Shown here: positions 45,503 through 54,327 of the stretch, one piece after another
Layout of the letters: each line of letters opens with the position of its first letter
Position numbering within the stretch: position 1 is the first letter of the stretch
IMG/VR virus record: IMGVR_UViG_3300033273_000282
Span: 32,001 to 96,000 of that record
DNA length: 64,000 nt
Source of the DNA: a virus
Lineage: Duplodnaviria; Caudoviricetes
Reading direction: 5' to 3' (one strand)
Made by a program: the position numbers and the translations under genes
The notes under the pieces: model-generated
What the model was told of the DNA's origin: nothing
The model's input: the letters and a program-made list of their open reading frames with translations, nothing else
The model's database searches: none

Positions 45503-48018
45503 GCGCGAATCTAGAATCCTCAGCACATTTTATTGGTAAGGAAGGACTCAACTGGTGGATCGGTCAGATTGAAAATGATGGATCGGCACCAGATGATTAC
45601 GACTATACTGGTAAAGTAAAAGTCCGCATCGTAGGATACCACAATCCATCCAAGGCAATCCTTCCAACAAAGGATCTTCCCTGGGCTACTTGTATCATGC
45701 CTGTCACTGAGGCTCAGCGTGGTGGTATTGGTTCTATTCATCAACTTCAGATTAGTTCTTGGGTTGTTGGATTCTTTATGGATGGCTCTTCGGCACAGAT
45801 TCCTGTTATCATGGGTACCATCTCTGATGAGAATCCCAAGGGTAAGTATGTAAAGGAGGGAGATAACACTAAGGGTTATCAACCACTTCTGCCTCCCGAT
45901 TACAAGCCAGCGAAGCATGGTACAGGTGGTGGATCTACCGTTGCTGGTACTGCTTCGACCGTAAGCACTACTTCCACTGGTGGTAAGACTCAACCTCCTC
46001 CTGTGGATGGTTCTACCGCTGGTCAAACGAAGTCGGGATCAAAGAATCCTCGTGGTGAAGGATCTGGACAATCTGATGTACAGAAGCAGGCGGATAAGGA
46101 TAGATGCTATACCATTGATGTTGCCAATGGTAAGTGTGGCACTCCCCCAGACAAAAAGATGGAGGGTGCTCTCGCTGAGTTCATGAAGTTCGCTCGTGGT
46201 ATCGAGAAGAACGAGATTGGTCAGTTCATCAACAAAACCACAGGAAAGGTTGAGGATCTCGCTGGTGAGATTGAAGCCATGGCTGGTAGAATCCAAGCAA
46301 TGCAGAAAGGTTTGCTTGGTAACATCAAGGGTACCGTTCTCAAAGAGGTTGAGAAGTTCATCCAGAAACAACTGGAGGCTATTCAGATTCCAGATCCAGA
46401 CGCCTTGGATCCAGTTAGAGAACAACTGAAGACTTTTAGTGATCTGATTAACTGCCTGTTTAAGCAGATTCTGGAGGAACTTCTTAGTGTCATCACAGGC
46501 ATGTTGATGGATCTACTGGAGCAGGCTCTAGATGTTACTCTATGCCTGGTCCAAGATCTCGTCATGGATATGTTGGGTCAGATGATGGACAAAATCATGG
46601 AGGGTGTTCAGAACATCCTTGGTATTGTCAGTGGCGTTCTCAGCGCTATCAAGGGTGCTGCTGCCATGATTCAGGGTCTTGCTTCTAAGGTCCTTGCTCT
46701 GATCGACATGGTTTGTGACGGCGATCTCTCCTGTTCCTTGGGTCTGTCTACCTTTGAGACCTGCCATGGTGCGAAGGAAAGTGAGGATGATAAAAACAAG
46801 AAGCAGCAGTCTCAGTATGGAGATGTTGCCAAGGAGAAGATTAAGAACACCAAGGCAAGAGTTATTGGTACAGGTAAGCCTAACTCTCGTGGATATGTTC
46901 CTGTTGAAATCTTTAACAAAGAAACTGGTCTATACGAGAAGAAGGGTCTTAATACCAAGACTGGTGAGATAACGGAGGTAGGGGCTTCTGGTACTGGTAT
47001 TAGTTCTGGTAGTTTTGAGAAGGGCAAATCCCTGATTGAAAAGTTTGATTCTGTCTATCCTATCCGTGACTCGGATGGTAACATCAATCAAGCAAGTCTC
47101 AACTGTAGTCCTGGTAACCTCAATAAGAAGCCATGCTTCCCTGAACTTATCTTTGATAATGCTCAGTCAACGTCTCTTATTAGAGCATTGCCCATCATCG
47201 ATGACATTGGATCTATCGTTGGTGTCTACATGAAGAACAAAGGTTCTGAGATTAACACCTCTGCTACTGTTCGTGCTATGTTCACTTGTAACGAGCCAGA
47301 GGGTACAGGTGCTAGAATGACACCTATCATTAAGAATGGTTCTATTGATAGAATCCGAGTTGACTCTCCTGGTGTTGGATATGGACTGGATCCAGACAAT
47401 ACTTACTGCCCAACTGAGCAGAGAATCTATCTGGTTGACAATCTAGAGATTCAGGATTATGTTGAAGAGGGTGGATTCCTGTATGTTGATGAGACAGTAC
47501 AGTCAGATCCTAACAAACCCTTCATGCAAGTCATGGAGTTTAACTATAACAACACTAATCTAGTTGGCATTGCTACCTTGGATAAGGATCAATTTGTTCC
47601 TGCTGGTGTTACCCTGTACACCGCAGGCAATGCCTATAAGTTTATTCTCAATCCTAAGGAGGTGTTCTATGATCTGGCTATCCCAGCAAATGCTGTGGCA
47701 CTCTATGCTGGATGCCCTGATCTGATTCCTATCTTGGATCAGATTGATGTGACTAACGTTGGTTCTGGATATACAGATCCTAAGATTGTAGTTGGTGATG
47801 AGGAGATTGGTACCATTGGTACAGATAAGAAGGGTAGACTACTTGAACCTGTCATCAATGTGAAGGCAGTTGGTAACGTTAGACCTACTATTAAAGATCC
47901 TACAGGATTTGGTGCGGAGATCGTACCTACATATAGTTACGTTGGACCTACCAAGTTCAAGGAAGTGTACAGCGTTAATGAATATGTTGACTGTGTTGGT
48001 CACCCAGGAGTTAAATAA
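45499..48018 (+). CDS. g5: Baseplate hub gp5, N-terminal (OB-fold) part
   Basis: 'WWIGQIE....D....GKVKVRIVGYH...LPTKDLPWA...P', 'WVVGFFMDG..AQ.PVIMG'. Confidence 0.85.
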   Translation: MSANLESSAHFIGKEGLNWWIGQIENDGSAPDDYDYTGKVKVRIVGYHNPSKAILPTKDLPWATCIMPVTEAQRGGIGSIHQLQISSWVVGFFMDGSSAQIPVIMGTISDENPKGKYVKEGDNTKGYQPLLPPDYKPAKHGTGGGSTVAGTASTVSTTSTGGKTQPPPVDGSTAGQTKSGSKNPRGEGSGQSDVQKQADKDRCYTIDVANGKCGTPPDKKMEGALAEFMKFARGIEKNEIGQFINKTTGKVEDLAGEIEAMAGRIQAMQKGLLGNIKGTVLKEVEKFIQKQLEAIQIPDPDALDPVREQLKTFSDLINCLFKQILEELLSVITGMLMDLLEQALDVTLCLVQDLVMDMLGQMMDKIMEGVQNILGIVSGVLSAIKGAAAMIQGLASKVLALIDMVCDGDLSCSLGLSTFETCHGAKESEDDKNKKQQSQYGDVAKEKIKNTKARVIGTGKPNSRGYVPVEIFNKETGLYEKKGLNTKTGEITEVGASGTGISSGSFEKGKSLIEKFDSVYPIRDSDGNINQASLNCSPGNLNKKPCFPELIFDNAQSTSLIRALPIIDDIGSIVGVYMKNKGSEINTSATVRAMFTCNEPEGTGARMTPIIKNGSIDRIRVDSPGVGYGLDPDNTYCPTEQRIYLVDNLEIQDYVEEGGFLYVDETVQSDPNKPFMQVMEFNYNNTNLVGIATLDKDQFVPAGVTLYTAGNAYKFILNPKEVFYDLAIPANAVALYAGCPDLIPILDQIDVTNVGSGYTDPKIVVGDEEIGTIGTDKKGRLLEPVINVKAVGNVRPTIKDPTGFGAEIVPTYSYVGPTKFKEVYSVNEYVDCVGHPGVK

Positions 48019-49016
48019 TGGCACATAATGATCTCCATGCTAAGACCGAGGCGAGAGCCAAAGCAGCACAAACTCCAAGACCAGACACTTCGGTGGTTGA
48101 TCTTCAGATGGGTGGGGGTACAGAAACTCCCAATACCAATCCACAATCAATCACAGAGTATCCCAAGAACTTTGTAAAGACCACATCTGCTGGTCATGTC
48201 TTGGAACTGAACAACTCTGGCGGTGGTGAGCGAGTACGCTTTATCAATGGTGCTACTGGCTCTTTCTTTGACATGGGTCATGATGGTAAAACGTTTATTC
48301 AATCTAAGAATGAACTACATCTTAAGTCGGATCATTCCACAACTATCACTGTTGGGAAGGATCTCAAGAAAGACAAACTTATTATCAAGGTTGTAGGTGA
48401 TGCTCACCTCATGGTTGAGGGTGACCTACATACTGAGGTCAATGGAAACAAGTATGACCACATCTCTGGTGAGTGGAGAGTAGAATCGAAAGGCTCTACG
48501 TTCATTTCATCTAGAGAGAACATTGGTGTTGAGGCGGATAGCGAACTCCGTGTCATCGCTAATGAAGTTAACCAGAAAATGACATTCGCCAAAGTCGATA
48601 TGAAGGCTGGCGGACAGGTTGTCGAAGAAATTAACGGCAACCGTGTGATTAGAATGAGTAAAGAAGGTGGTACCTTTGCTATCGAGAGCGAGGGTGACCT
48701 TCGATTTAATGTCAAGGGTTGTCGTTACGACAAGATTGGAAGAAATTACTTTACTGAAGTTCAGGGCAAAATCAAGATCAATGCGATTGGAGATGATGTC
48801 GATTGTATCGAAGGTGGTGCCCCTCCTGGAATGGATGTTGAAAAACCAGAAGATTCTCCCTATGGCAATCCAACTGGTTGGGAACTAACAACAGGTGAAA
48901 CTTCAGTACGCATTACAGCCGAAGACTTCTACATGGCTGCGAATGGATCAGCCAAGATGGAAGCAGGCGGTGACGAGTTTAAGATTGTCTGCGACAACGG
49001 TATCTACCTTAATTGA
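48018..49016 (+). CDS. gp5 C-terminal-like spike (beta-helix) protein
   Basis: 'YP.N.V.TTSAGHVLEL.N..GGER', V.G repeat pattern, ends 'GIYLN'. Confidence 0.75.
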   Translation: MAHNDLHAKTEARAKAAQTPRPDTSVVDLQMGGGTETPNTNPQSITEYPKNFVKTTSAGHVLELNNSGGGERVRFINGATGSFFDMGHDGKTFIQSKNELHLKSDHSTTITVGKDLKKDKLIIKVVGDAHLMVEGDLHTEVNGNKYDHISGEWRVESKGSTFISSRENIGVEADSELRVIANEVNQKMTFAKVDMKAGGQVVEEINGNRVIRMSKEGGTFAIESEGDLRFNVKGCRYDKIGRNYFTEVQGKIKINAIGDDVDCIEGGAPPGMDVEKPEDSPYGNPTGWELTTGETSVRITAEDFYMAANGSAKMEAGGDEFKIVCDNGIYLN

Positions 49017-49041
49017 CATTCACCCGTGAATGTTGTATAGT
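49013..49041 (+). promoter_or_regulatory. sigma70-like early promoter with overlapping 8-bp inverted repeat
   Basis: TTGACA-N17-TATAGT; ACATTCAC-cc-GTGAATGT at 49016-49033. Confidence 0.75.
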
Positions 49042-49055
49042 AAAAAGCGTAACTA

Positions 49056-49346
49056 ATGTACGGTATGCCTTTAACATTACATCAGGCACACGTTCTTTCT
49101 TCATTCATCGAAGAGAAGTGTGATGAGTACGTGGAGGAACTGATGAAAGAAAAGTTTTCATCACCCCACGCAGACCAAACCCAAGCAGGGGCTTACTTCA
49201 TGACCACAAGGAGGGCGCTCTTGGCAACGAAGGAATACGCCGACAAGGTGATCCAACATGCCAAACTCCAAAGTGGCACAGCCACTAACGCAGGTTTCAT
49301 GTGGGTGCCCTATGATGTGGGGGAAGACAACGCCGAATCATCATGA
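49056..49346 (+). CDS. Hypothetical protein
   Basis: 96-aa ORF directly downstream of the early promoter. Confidence 0.6.
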   Translation: MYGMPLTLHQAHVLSSFIEEKCDEYVEELMKEKFSSPHADQTQAGAYFMTTRRALLATKEYADKVIQHAKLQSGTATNAGFMWVPYDVGEDNAESS

Positions 49347-49522
49347 CGAAAGAAACCTGCCTCTCCAAGTGTGTCGTGAACATCCCCACCCGCACTTTCA
49401 CTCTGTTCTCTGATGATGCCCAAGTCAAGGAGCTGGTGTGTGACTCCTCTGAGCAGTTTGAGCGTGTGCTCGATGTAGTCCGTTCCTCTTGTAACCACGA
49501 CGAAGTTCAATACATTTACTGA
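49343..49522 (+). CDS. Small conserved hypothetical protein (59 aa; not in ORF track)
   Basis: [59 protein letters not shown]; ATGA-coupled to the previous gene. Confidence 0.65.
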   Translation: MTKETCLSKCVVNIPTRTFTLFSDDAQVKELVCDSSEQFERVLDVVRSSCNHDEVQYIY

Positions 49523-49524
49523 TT

Positions 49525-50025
49525 ATGTCACAAGTAGTTGCCCTTGCGGAGATCCGTGAGGTTCTGAAGAACTCGAAGCGGGTCACCGATAAGGTACTGC
49601 TTCAAGTAGCCACCATTGCTATCAAAGAAACCCTAGGTGATCGTCTGACCGCAGAGATCACCATGGAGTCCAAGTTCGTAGACGATCTGGAAGCAGACTC
49701 TCTTGACCTTGTGGAACTGGTTATGTTCCTTGAGGAAGCCTTTGGTATCGAGATTCCTGATGAGTATTCGATGGAGATTGTCACCGTTGGTGATGCTATC
49801 AAAGTCATCAAGGAATGTAAGAGGAACAAAGGCAAGAAGCGTAAGATCGACAAGTCTAAGTATCTTAAGAAGCCTAACCCAGAAGGTCCTATTGGACAGA
49901 CTCCCAAGCAGTTCCGTGGTGACGCTACTGCCAAGAAAACCCAAGAAATCGCAGATGAAATCGAAAAGTTTTTATCAGAACCTGACCCTTACGAAGGTGG
50001 AGACGACTCCAAAGCTGGTGGATGA
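49525..50025 (+). CDS. acpP: Acyl carrier protein with N- and C-terminal extensions
   Basis: '[36 protein letters not shown]....I.TVGDAI', with the phosphopantetheine-attachment DSL serine. Confidence 0.88.
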   Translation: MSQVVALAEIREVLKNSKRVTDKVLLQVATIAIKETLGDRLTAEITMESKFVDDLEADSLDLVELVMFLEEAFGIEIPDEYSMEIVTVGDAIKVIKECKRNKGKKRKIDKSKYLKKPNPEGPIGQTPKQFRGDATAKKTQEIADEIEKFLSEPDPYEGGDDSKAGG

Positions 50026-50185
50026 ATCCAATCAAGCTTTGTATCGTGCTACAATGAACGTACCTAACGCTGCTGCTCATTGTGGCATGACAAAGCGTGA
50101 GATGAAGATGACGTTTAGAGAGTTTCTCAAGCACCATCCACCAGACTATAAGAACATGGAACAGTTGGAATTGGTAATGAAATGA
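50018..50185 (+). CDS. Small conserved hypothetical protein
   Basis: C-terminal part of ORF 49703-50185: (V)[37 protein letters not shown]..; GTG start inferred. Confidence 0.55.
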   Translation: MDESNQALYRATMNVPNAAAHCGMTKREMKMTFREFLKHHPPDYKNMEQLELVMK

Positions 50186-50919
50186 AGACTAAGAAGGTAT
50201 ATTATAACTATGTCCTGGCAGGGTCTGAGGAGTCTTTCCTCGACCCTAAGGAGATTGACTTCTTCGCAGAAGATTACTTTGAGCCTCCTAGTCCTGCTCT
50301 CAAAGGATATGACATGGGGTATCGCCATGCTAAATGTCCAGCATGGAAAGAGTATTATAAGAATACCTTCGCGCTTCATCAAACTTTTCCTTTAGGTATA
50401 AAATATAGATCTGCCGATAAATATCTTGAGTCTAACTTATCCCAAGACTGTTTCGACCAATACTTTATGTTGGGCGATGGTTGGCTCGACGGGGAACACC
50501 CCGAGATACAATTCAAACAAGGTTATTGTTTCTGGACAGAAGATAAGGATGTATGGATTGAACAGTTCCAACACCCTGAAATGACTAGACTCGGATTAGA
50601 CGTTGTATGTGGTACATTTCCTATTTCAGTATGGCAACGTCCGATCAACCTTGGATTCAAAATCACAAAGTATGACCAAAACATCTGGCTCCCAAAAGGA
50701 GCGCCTCTCTGCTATGTACGCTTTAGTTCAGCAAGAACTAGAGATGTCAAAATCATCCTTGAAAAACGACCAGTCCCTGAAAGAGTGGCTAAGCGACAGC
50801 TACAGGATCTCTGGCTCAAGGACTGGCACAACAACTACTCATGGGACTTAATTAAGCAGAGACTTAAAAAAGAGGAGGAGAGCAGCAAGTGCCCCTTCTC
50901 ATCACTTTGGAGAAAGTAA
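50182..50919 (+). CDS. Conserved cyanophage hypothetical protein
   Basis: 245 aa with 'KCPAWK', 'WQRPIN' and 'KGAPLCYVRF'; function unknown. Confidence 0.65.
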   Translation: MKTKKVYYNYVLAGSEESFLDPKEIDFFAEDYFEPPSPALKGYDMGYRHAKCPAWKEYYKNTFALHQTFPLGIKYRSADKYLESNLSQDCFDQYFMLGDGWLDGEHPEIQFKQGYCFWTEDKDVWIEQFQHPEMTRLGLDVVCGTFPISVWQRPINLGFKITKYDQNIWLPKGAPLCYVRFSSARTRDVKIILEKRPVPERVAKRQLQDLWLKDWHNNYSWDLIKQRLKKEEESSKCPFSSLWRK

Positions 50920-51191
50920 TGTCAGAAACCCTCTTTAAGTTACACTGGGACTATAGGAATCTTGAAGGTGTAGGCACCGTCAAGATGTTCTATCTTAACG
51001 GTATGCCATTCACCTTTGATGATGAGGACATTCCCGTCATTGACGAGGTGGCAAAGTTGCTGGCAGAACAGAAACCAATTATCACACATGAGGAAATCTA
51101 TAAGGGTTCCTCATATCTCATTGAAGAGGGTTTACACCCTCTCCTCGATGCTGTAGACTTGGATAACTGTTCAGAGTTGCCCTTGGAATGA
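50919..51191 (+). CDS. Hypothetical protein
   Basis: MSETLFKLHWDYRN...MFYLNGMPFTFD; TAATG-coupled. Confidence 0.6.
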   Translation: MSETLFKLHWDYRNLEGVGTVKMFYLNGMPFTFDDEDIPVIDEVAKLLAEQKPIITHEEIYKGSSYLIEEGLHPLLDAVDLDNCSELPLE

Positions 51192-51337
51192 AAGCCACAC
51201 TAACTGTTGATGACGATGGTATCCTGACATTTCCCCCTGAGATGCTCGAAGAGCTTGGGTGGAAAGAGGGTGATATGCTAGAGTGGATTGACAACAACGA
51301 TGGTTCTTTCACACTGAAGAAGCATGAAAGAGTTTGA
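51188..51337 (+). CDS. AbrB/MazE/SpoVT-like small DNA-binding protein (49 aa; not in ORF track)
   Basis: MKATLTVDDDGILTFPPEMLEELGWKEGDMLEWIDNNDGSFTLKK: swapped-hairpin pattern 'LT.P..M.E.LGW..GD.L.W'. Confidence 0.7.
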   Translation: MKATLTVDDDGILTFPPEMLEELGWKEGDMLEWIDNNDGSFTLKKHERV

Positions 51338-51785
51338 TTATGACCTCGACTATAAGTCACTTGACTTTACAAATCCAGAAACTCGCAAACTTTATCGTAT
51401 TGGAAGGGGAGAGCAAGGAGTTCTACTGGTACGCCCTTATACAGACGACATTTGTACTCACTGGAGGTTTGTAGATGAGGTTACGGCTCACAAATCTGCT
51501 AATAAAATATACTCCATGTTCTGTGACTACAAGTCCAGACAAGATTTCATTGGCATGGACATGGCTAGGAAGTTCCTTGAAATGGGATTTACTCGCGCCC
51601 GACGATATGCTAATCATAGTTCGGGGAAAAAGTATGACTCCAAGGGTAATATCCGTCCCCAAGAGTCAGACTGGGCAACAAGTGAAAAGGCTAAATCCGC
51701 CAAAGTCTTTAAGCAAAAGAGAGACTTGGCAGCTAAAGATCCGATTTATTTGGAGATGAGACAAAAGTGGCGCAAAGCAGAGTGA
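51324..51785 (+). CDS. DUF4385 family protein
   Basis: 'YRIGRGEQGVLLVRPY' and 'DF.GMDMARKFLEMGFTRARRYANH'. Confidence 0.85.
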   Translation: MKEFDYDLDYKSLDFTNPETRKLYRIGRGEQGVLLVRPYTDDICTHWRFVDEVTAHKSANKIYSMFCDYKSRQDFIGMDMARKFLEMGFTRARRYANHSSGKKYDSKGNIRPQESDWATSEKAKSAKVFKQKRDLAAKDPIYLEMRQKWRKAE

Positions 51786-52345
51786 CAGTGGTTAAGCAAC
51801 TCCCCGATGAGTTGTTTTCGGAATTGAAAGAGACATGTGCTAAGCGTCGCTTAGATGAAGAGTGGAACTTGGCTGACCGTTTGGTTGGTGCTATGCTTCA
51901 GCAGTCTAGTCTTGAGGTGTCGTCAGCACTTCAAGACTGGATTGTTGACCAAACGTCAAATCTATGGTACGATATTAAGGCAACGTGTCCATGGAACCCA
52001 AATTATTTTTTCCGAGATTATTTGAGACTCAGGGATTTGTGGGTGAACTACCAACGACCTGGAGAGTTTAACCCAGTACACTGTCACAATGGTGTTGTAA
52101 GTTTTGTCATCTTTGTAGACATTCCTTACGGTGCTAGCGAACGTCAGTATCATCGGGCAAGCGGCAACTTCCAACTGGAAGATCAGATACTCGATGTAGA
52201 TGCTAAATGGAATGGAACACTACTCATGTTCCCTTCTTACACTCAGCACGCAGTATATCCTTATCAATCCACCGATAAAGAACGCATTACTGTTGCTGGT
52301 AATATCTATTGGAATGTCGATGAAGTGGAGGATCAATGGTGGTAA
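51767..52345 (+). CDS. Putative 2OG-Fe(II) oxygenase
   Basis: 'WVNYQRPGEFNPVHCH.G..SFVIF', 'FPSY..HAVYP' and 'RITVAGN'. Confidence 0.8.
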   Translation: MAQSRVTVVKQLPDELFSELKETCAKRRLDEEWNLADRLVGAMLQQSSLEVSSALQDWIVDQTSNLWYDIKATCPWNPNYFFRDYLRLRDLWVNYQRPGEFNPVHCHNGVVSFVIFVDIPYGASERQYHRASGNFQLEDQILDVDAKWNGTLLMFPSYTQHAVYPYQSTDKERITVAGNIYWNVDEVEDQWW

Positions 52346-52360
52346 TAAATACTGAGGTGC

Positions 52361-52432
52361 GCCAGTTTAGCTCAGTGGTAGAGCAGCTGTCTTGTAAACA
52401 GCAGGTCACTGGTTCAAGTCCTGTAACTGGCT
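52361..52432 (+). tRNA. tRNA-Thr (anticodon TGT)
   Basis: Acceptor GCCAGTT/AACTGGC, D-arm GCTC..GAGC, anticodon arm GCTGT-CTTGTAA-ACAGC, T-loop TTCAAGT; CCA not encoded. Confidence 0.93.
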
Positions 52433-52446
52433 CTGATATTTCTCCT

Positions 52447-52617
52447 ATGAATGTCAATCTCTGGTACTGTGAGTCTATGAAGCAATGGCGTTGGTCATTG
52501 ACTGATGAAAAAGACTGTATGCGCCAAGAGACTGGACAACGACCATTTCTTAGAGATGCTATGAATGATGTTGCTAACACTGTTGAGTATCTACTAAAAA
52601 CTAAGCAGGAAGAGTGA
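52447..52617 (+). CDS. Small conserved hypothetical protein
   Basis: MNVNLWYCESMKQWRWSLTD...ETGQRPFLRDAMNDVANTVEY. Confidence 0.7.
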   Translation: MNVNLWYCESMKQWRWSLTDEKDCMRQETGQRPFLRDAMNDVANTVEYLLKTKQEE

Positions 52618-52778
52618 TAGACGAAAATACCCCAGAAAAACTAAGAGTGATTATTATGGACACATGGCCAAATCTGTTTAGACCACCTAAACTTCCATGG
52701 GATACTACGACACCATCTTCTCCTCATACGATCTCGGACCAGGATTCTGGAACCGAACACTCAAAACCGACAACTTAG
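52614..52778 (+). CDS. Small hypothetical protein (not in ORF track)
   Basis: GTG start overlapping the previous stop: (M)IDENTPEKLRVIIMDTWPNLFRPPK.. Confidence 0.4.
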   Translation: MIDENTPEKLRVIIMDTWPNLFRPPKLPWDTTTPSSPHTISDQDSGTEHSKPTT

Positions 52779-53038
52779 ATAACATATTCAGTGAGTATTG
52801 GATCGATCCTAAAGGAAGACTCTGGAGCATCGATTATACTGGCACATATGATTTTGAGGACAATGGCAACTTTAAGGTTGTCAAGTCTACAAACAACGGT
52901 AGGGTCTTACCATTCAATCTCACCAAACAAATTGAGGTTTATCCTGCTGTGTGGGCGTCTTGGTACTCTCCAACGCCCAGAGCCATAGTTAATTTTGAGT
53001 ATGGTATTGTCACAAACTGTTTCTATGCGGGTAACTAA
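52697..53038 (+). CDS. Conserved hypothetical protein
   Basis: 'MGYYDTI.SSYDLGPGF', 'YWIDPKG.LW.IDY.GT'. Confidence 0.7.
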   Translation: MGYYDTIFSSYDLGPGFWNRTLKTDNLDNIFSEYWIDPKGRLWSIDYTGTYDFEDNGNFKVVKSTNNGRVLPFNLTKQIEVYPAVWASWYSPTPRAIVNFEYGIVTNCFYAGN

Positions 53039-53060
53039 ATAAATCGTGTGAAGGAAGTGC

Positions 53061-53092
53061 GAAAGGGGGTCTTGACGACCCCCTTTCTTTTT
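53061..53092 (+). terminator. Intrinsic terminator
   Basis: GAAAGGGGGTC-ttgac-GACCCCCTTTC followed by a T-run. Confidence 0.8.
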
Positions 53093-53100
53093 GCTATGAT
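53072..53100 (+). promoter_or_regulatory. sigma70-like early promoter with extended -10
   Basis: TTGACG-N17-TATGAT with TGn upstream of the -10. Confidence 0.75.
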
Positions 53101-53122
53101 GGGTTGGTAAGCGATAAATGAC

Positions 53123-53392
53123 ATGACTATCGAAGAACGCCCTGCTTTCGCAAGTATCAATAAAACTTATGCGGCTCAGCGTAGAGATCGCATGAGTGAC
53201 TGTATCGGTGATTATTTGAACGATGAGGAAGTGGATCCCAGGCAGTGTTATGAGGAGATGCTGGCAGATATTCAGTCTTGGATTGATTATCATGAAAATA
53301 ACCTGAGGCGAGCAACGACTCTCAAATCCCTGATGATGGGTAATCGTGAGATTGATCTCGATACATACAAAGAGATTCCTGAGCGATTCTAA
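53123..53392 (+). CDS. Conserved early hypothetical protein
   Basis: 89 aa downstream of the promoter; 'QRRDRMSDCIGDYL'. Confidence 0.65.
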   Translation: MTIEERPAFASINKTYAAQRRDRMSDCIGDYLNDEEVDPRQCYEEMLADIQSWIDYHENNLRRATTLKSLMMGNREIDLDTYKEIPERF

Positions 53393-53571
53393 TGGGTAAG
53401 TACGAAGATCTGGACCAGTATGAGCTAGCCATCGTTCACTTTGGAAACCGAGTAGAAGTTATCTGTGCCATGGAAATGGCAGGCAAGTTGGAATTTAATT
53501 CTGCGTTTGACTTAATTAAGGCAGAATATAAAGAACTGAAGAAAATCAGAAAAAAGTATGAATCTGATTAA
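53392..53571 (+). CDS. Small conserved hypothetical protein (59 aa; not in ORF track)
   Basis: MGKYEDLDQYELAIVHFGNRVEVICAMEMAGKLEFNSAFDLIKAEYKELKKIRKKYESD. Confidence 0.65.
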   Translation: MGKYEDLDQYELAIVHFGNRVEVICAMEMAGKLEFNSAFDLIKAEYKELKKIRKKYESD

Positions 53572-54136
53572 CTTATTCCCCACACCAATAATCCATACTG
53601 AAATTGCTCCCAGGGAAAAGTTGCTCTGGTTTGCCCGCGAGTATTCCAAGGAAGGTGCCCACGATCCTAACTCTAGCAGCGCAGGATGGCACTCACAATA
53701 TGATCTCCATCTTAAGCCAGAGTTTGGTGTATTTTGGGATGATATTTGGTATGAGATTACACACGCTGCCTATCATTTGGTAAGCGATGAGCATGAGATT
53801 GTTCCTGCTTCAATGTGGTTGAATAAGAATGATCCTGGGGATTATAATGTATCCCACAAGCATTATAAAGTAGATCTATCTGGTGTATTGTGGCTTCAAA
53901 CACCACCAAAGTCAGGTAGAATTGTTTTTGAAAATCATAACGACATTACTCGTTACAACCTAATTGATAAATCTGATAGGGATTATCAAAACGCAGCATC
54001 ATTTCACCATACCGTATGGTTTGAACCAGTAGAGTGGAACATGATAATTTTTCCTGCTGATCTGCGTCACAGTGTTGAGCGTAACATGTCAAATGAATCT
54101 AGACTATCTCTTGGATTTAACCTGAACGTTATATGA
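53558..54136 (+). CDS. Putative 2OG-Fe(II) oxygenase (TIGR02466-like)
   Basis: 'MWLNKN.PGDYNVSHKH..DLSGVLWL', 'IFPADLRHSVE.N' and 'RLSLGFN'. Confidence 0.85.
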   Translation: MNLINLFPTPIIHTEIAPREKLLWFAREYSKEGAHDPNSSSAGWHSQYDLHLKPEFGVFWDDIWYEITHAAYHLVSDEHEIVPASMWLNKNDPGDYNVSHKHYKVDLSGVLWLQTPPKSGRIVFENHNDITRYNLIDKSDRDYQNAASFHHTVWFEPVEWNMIIFPADLRHSVERNMSNESRLSLGFNLNVI

Positions 54137-54327
54137 AGCCAGATATTCAACAATACTTCTCCTATCAATATGACCCCTGTGGTCATTTACATGTTAGAAT
54201 ACATAAAGACTTTATTGATGAACTTGGTTGGTCAAATAAAGACTTAGAGTTATCCTTCGGTGGTATTCGTAAGATGAACGACTGGGGGAGTGATGCTACC
54301 CTAACCTTACACAAGAAAAATGCTTGA
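54133..54327 (+). CDS. Small hypothetical protein, weakly AbrB-like
   Basis: 'HVRIHKDFIDELGWSNKDLEL'. Confidence 0.5.
   Translation: MKPDIQQYFSYQYDPCGHLHVRIHKDFIDELGWSNKDLELSFGGIRKMNDWGSDATLTLHKKNA

Noticed and set aside
49703-50017. Long alternative-frame ORF overlapping ACP
   Set aside because: Only the portion from GTG 50018 looks protein-like; the upstream part is out-of-frame read-through of acpP.
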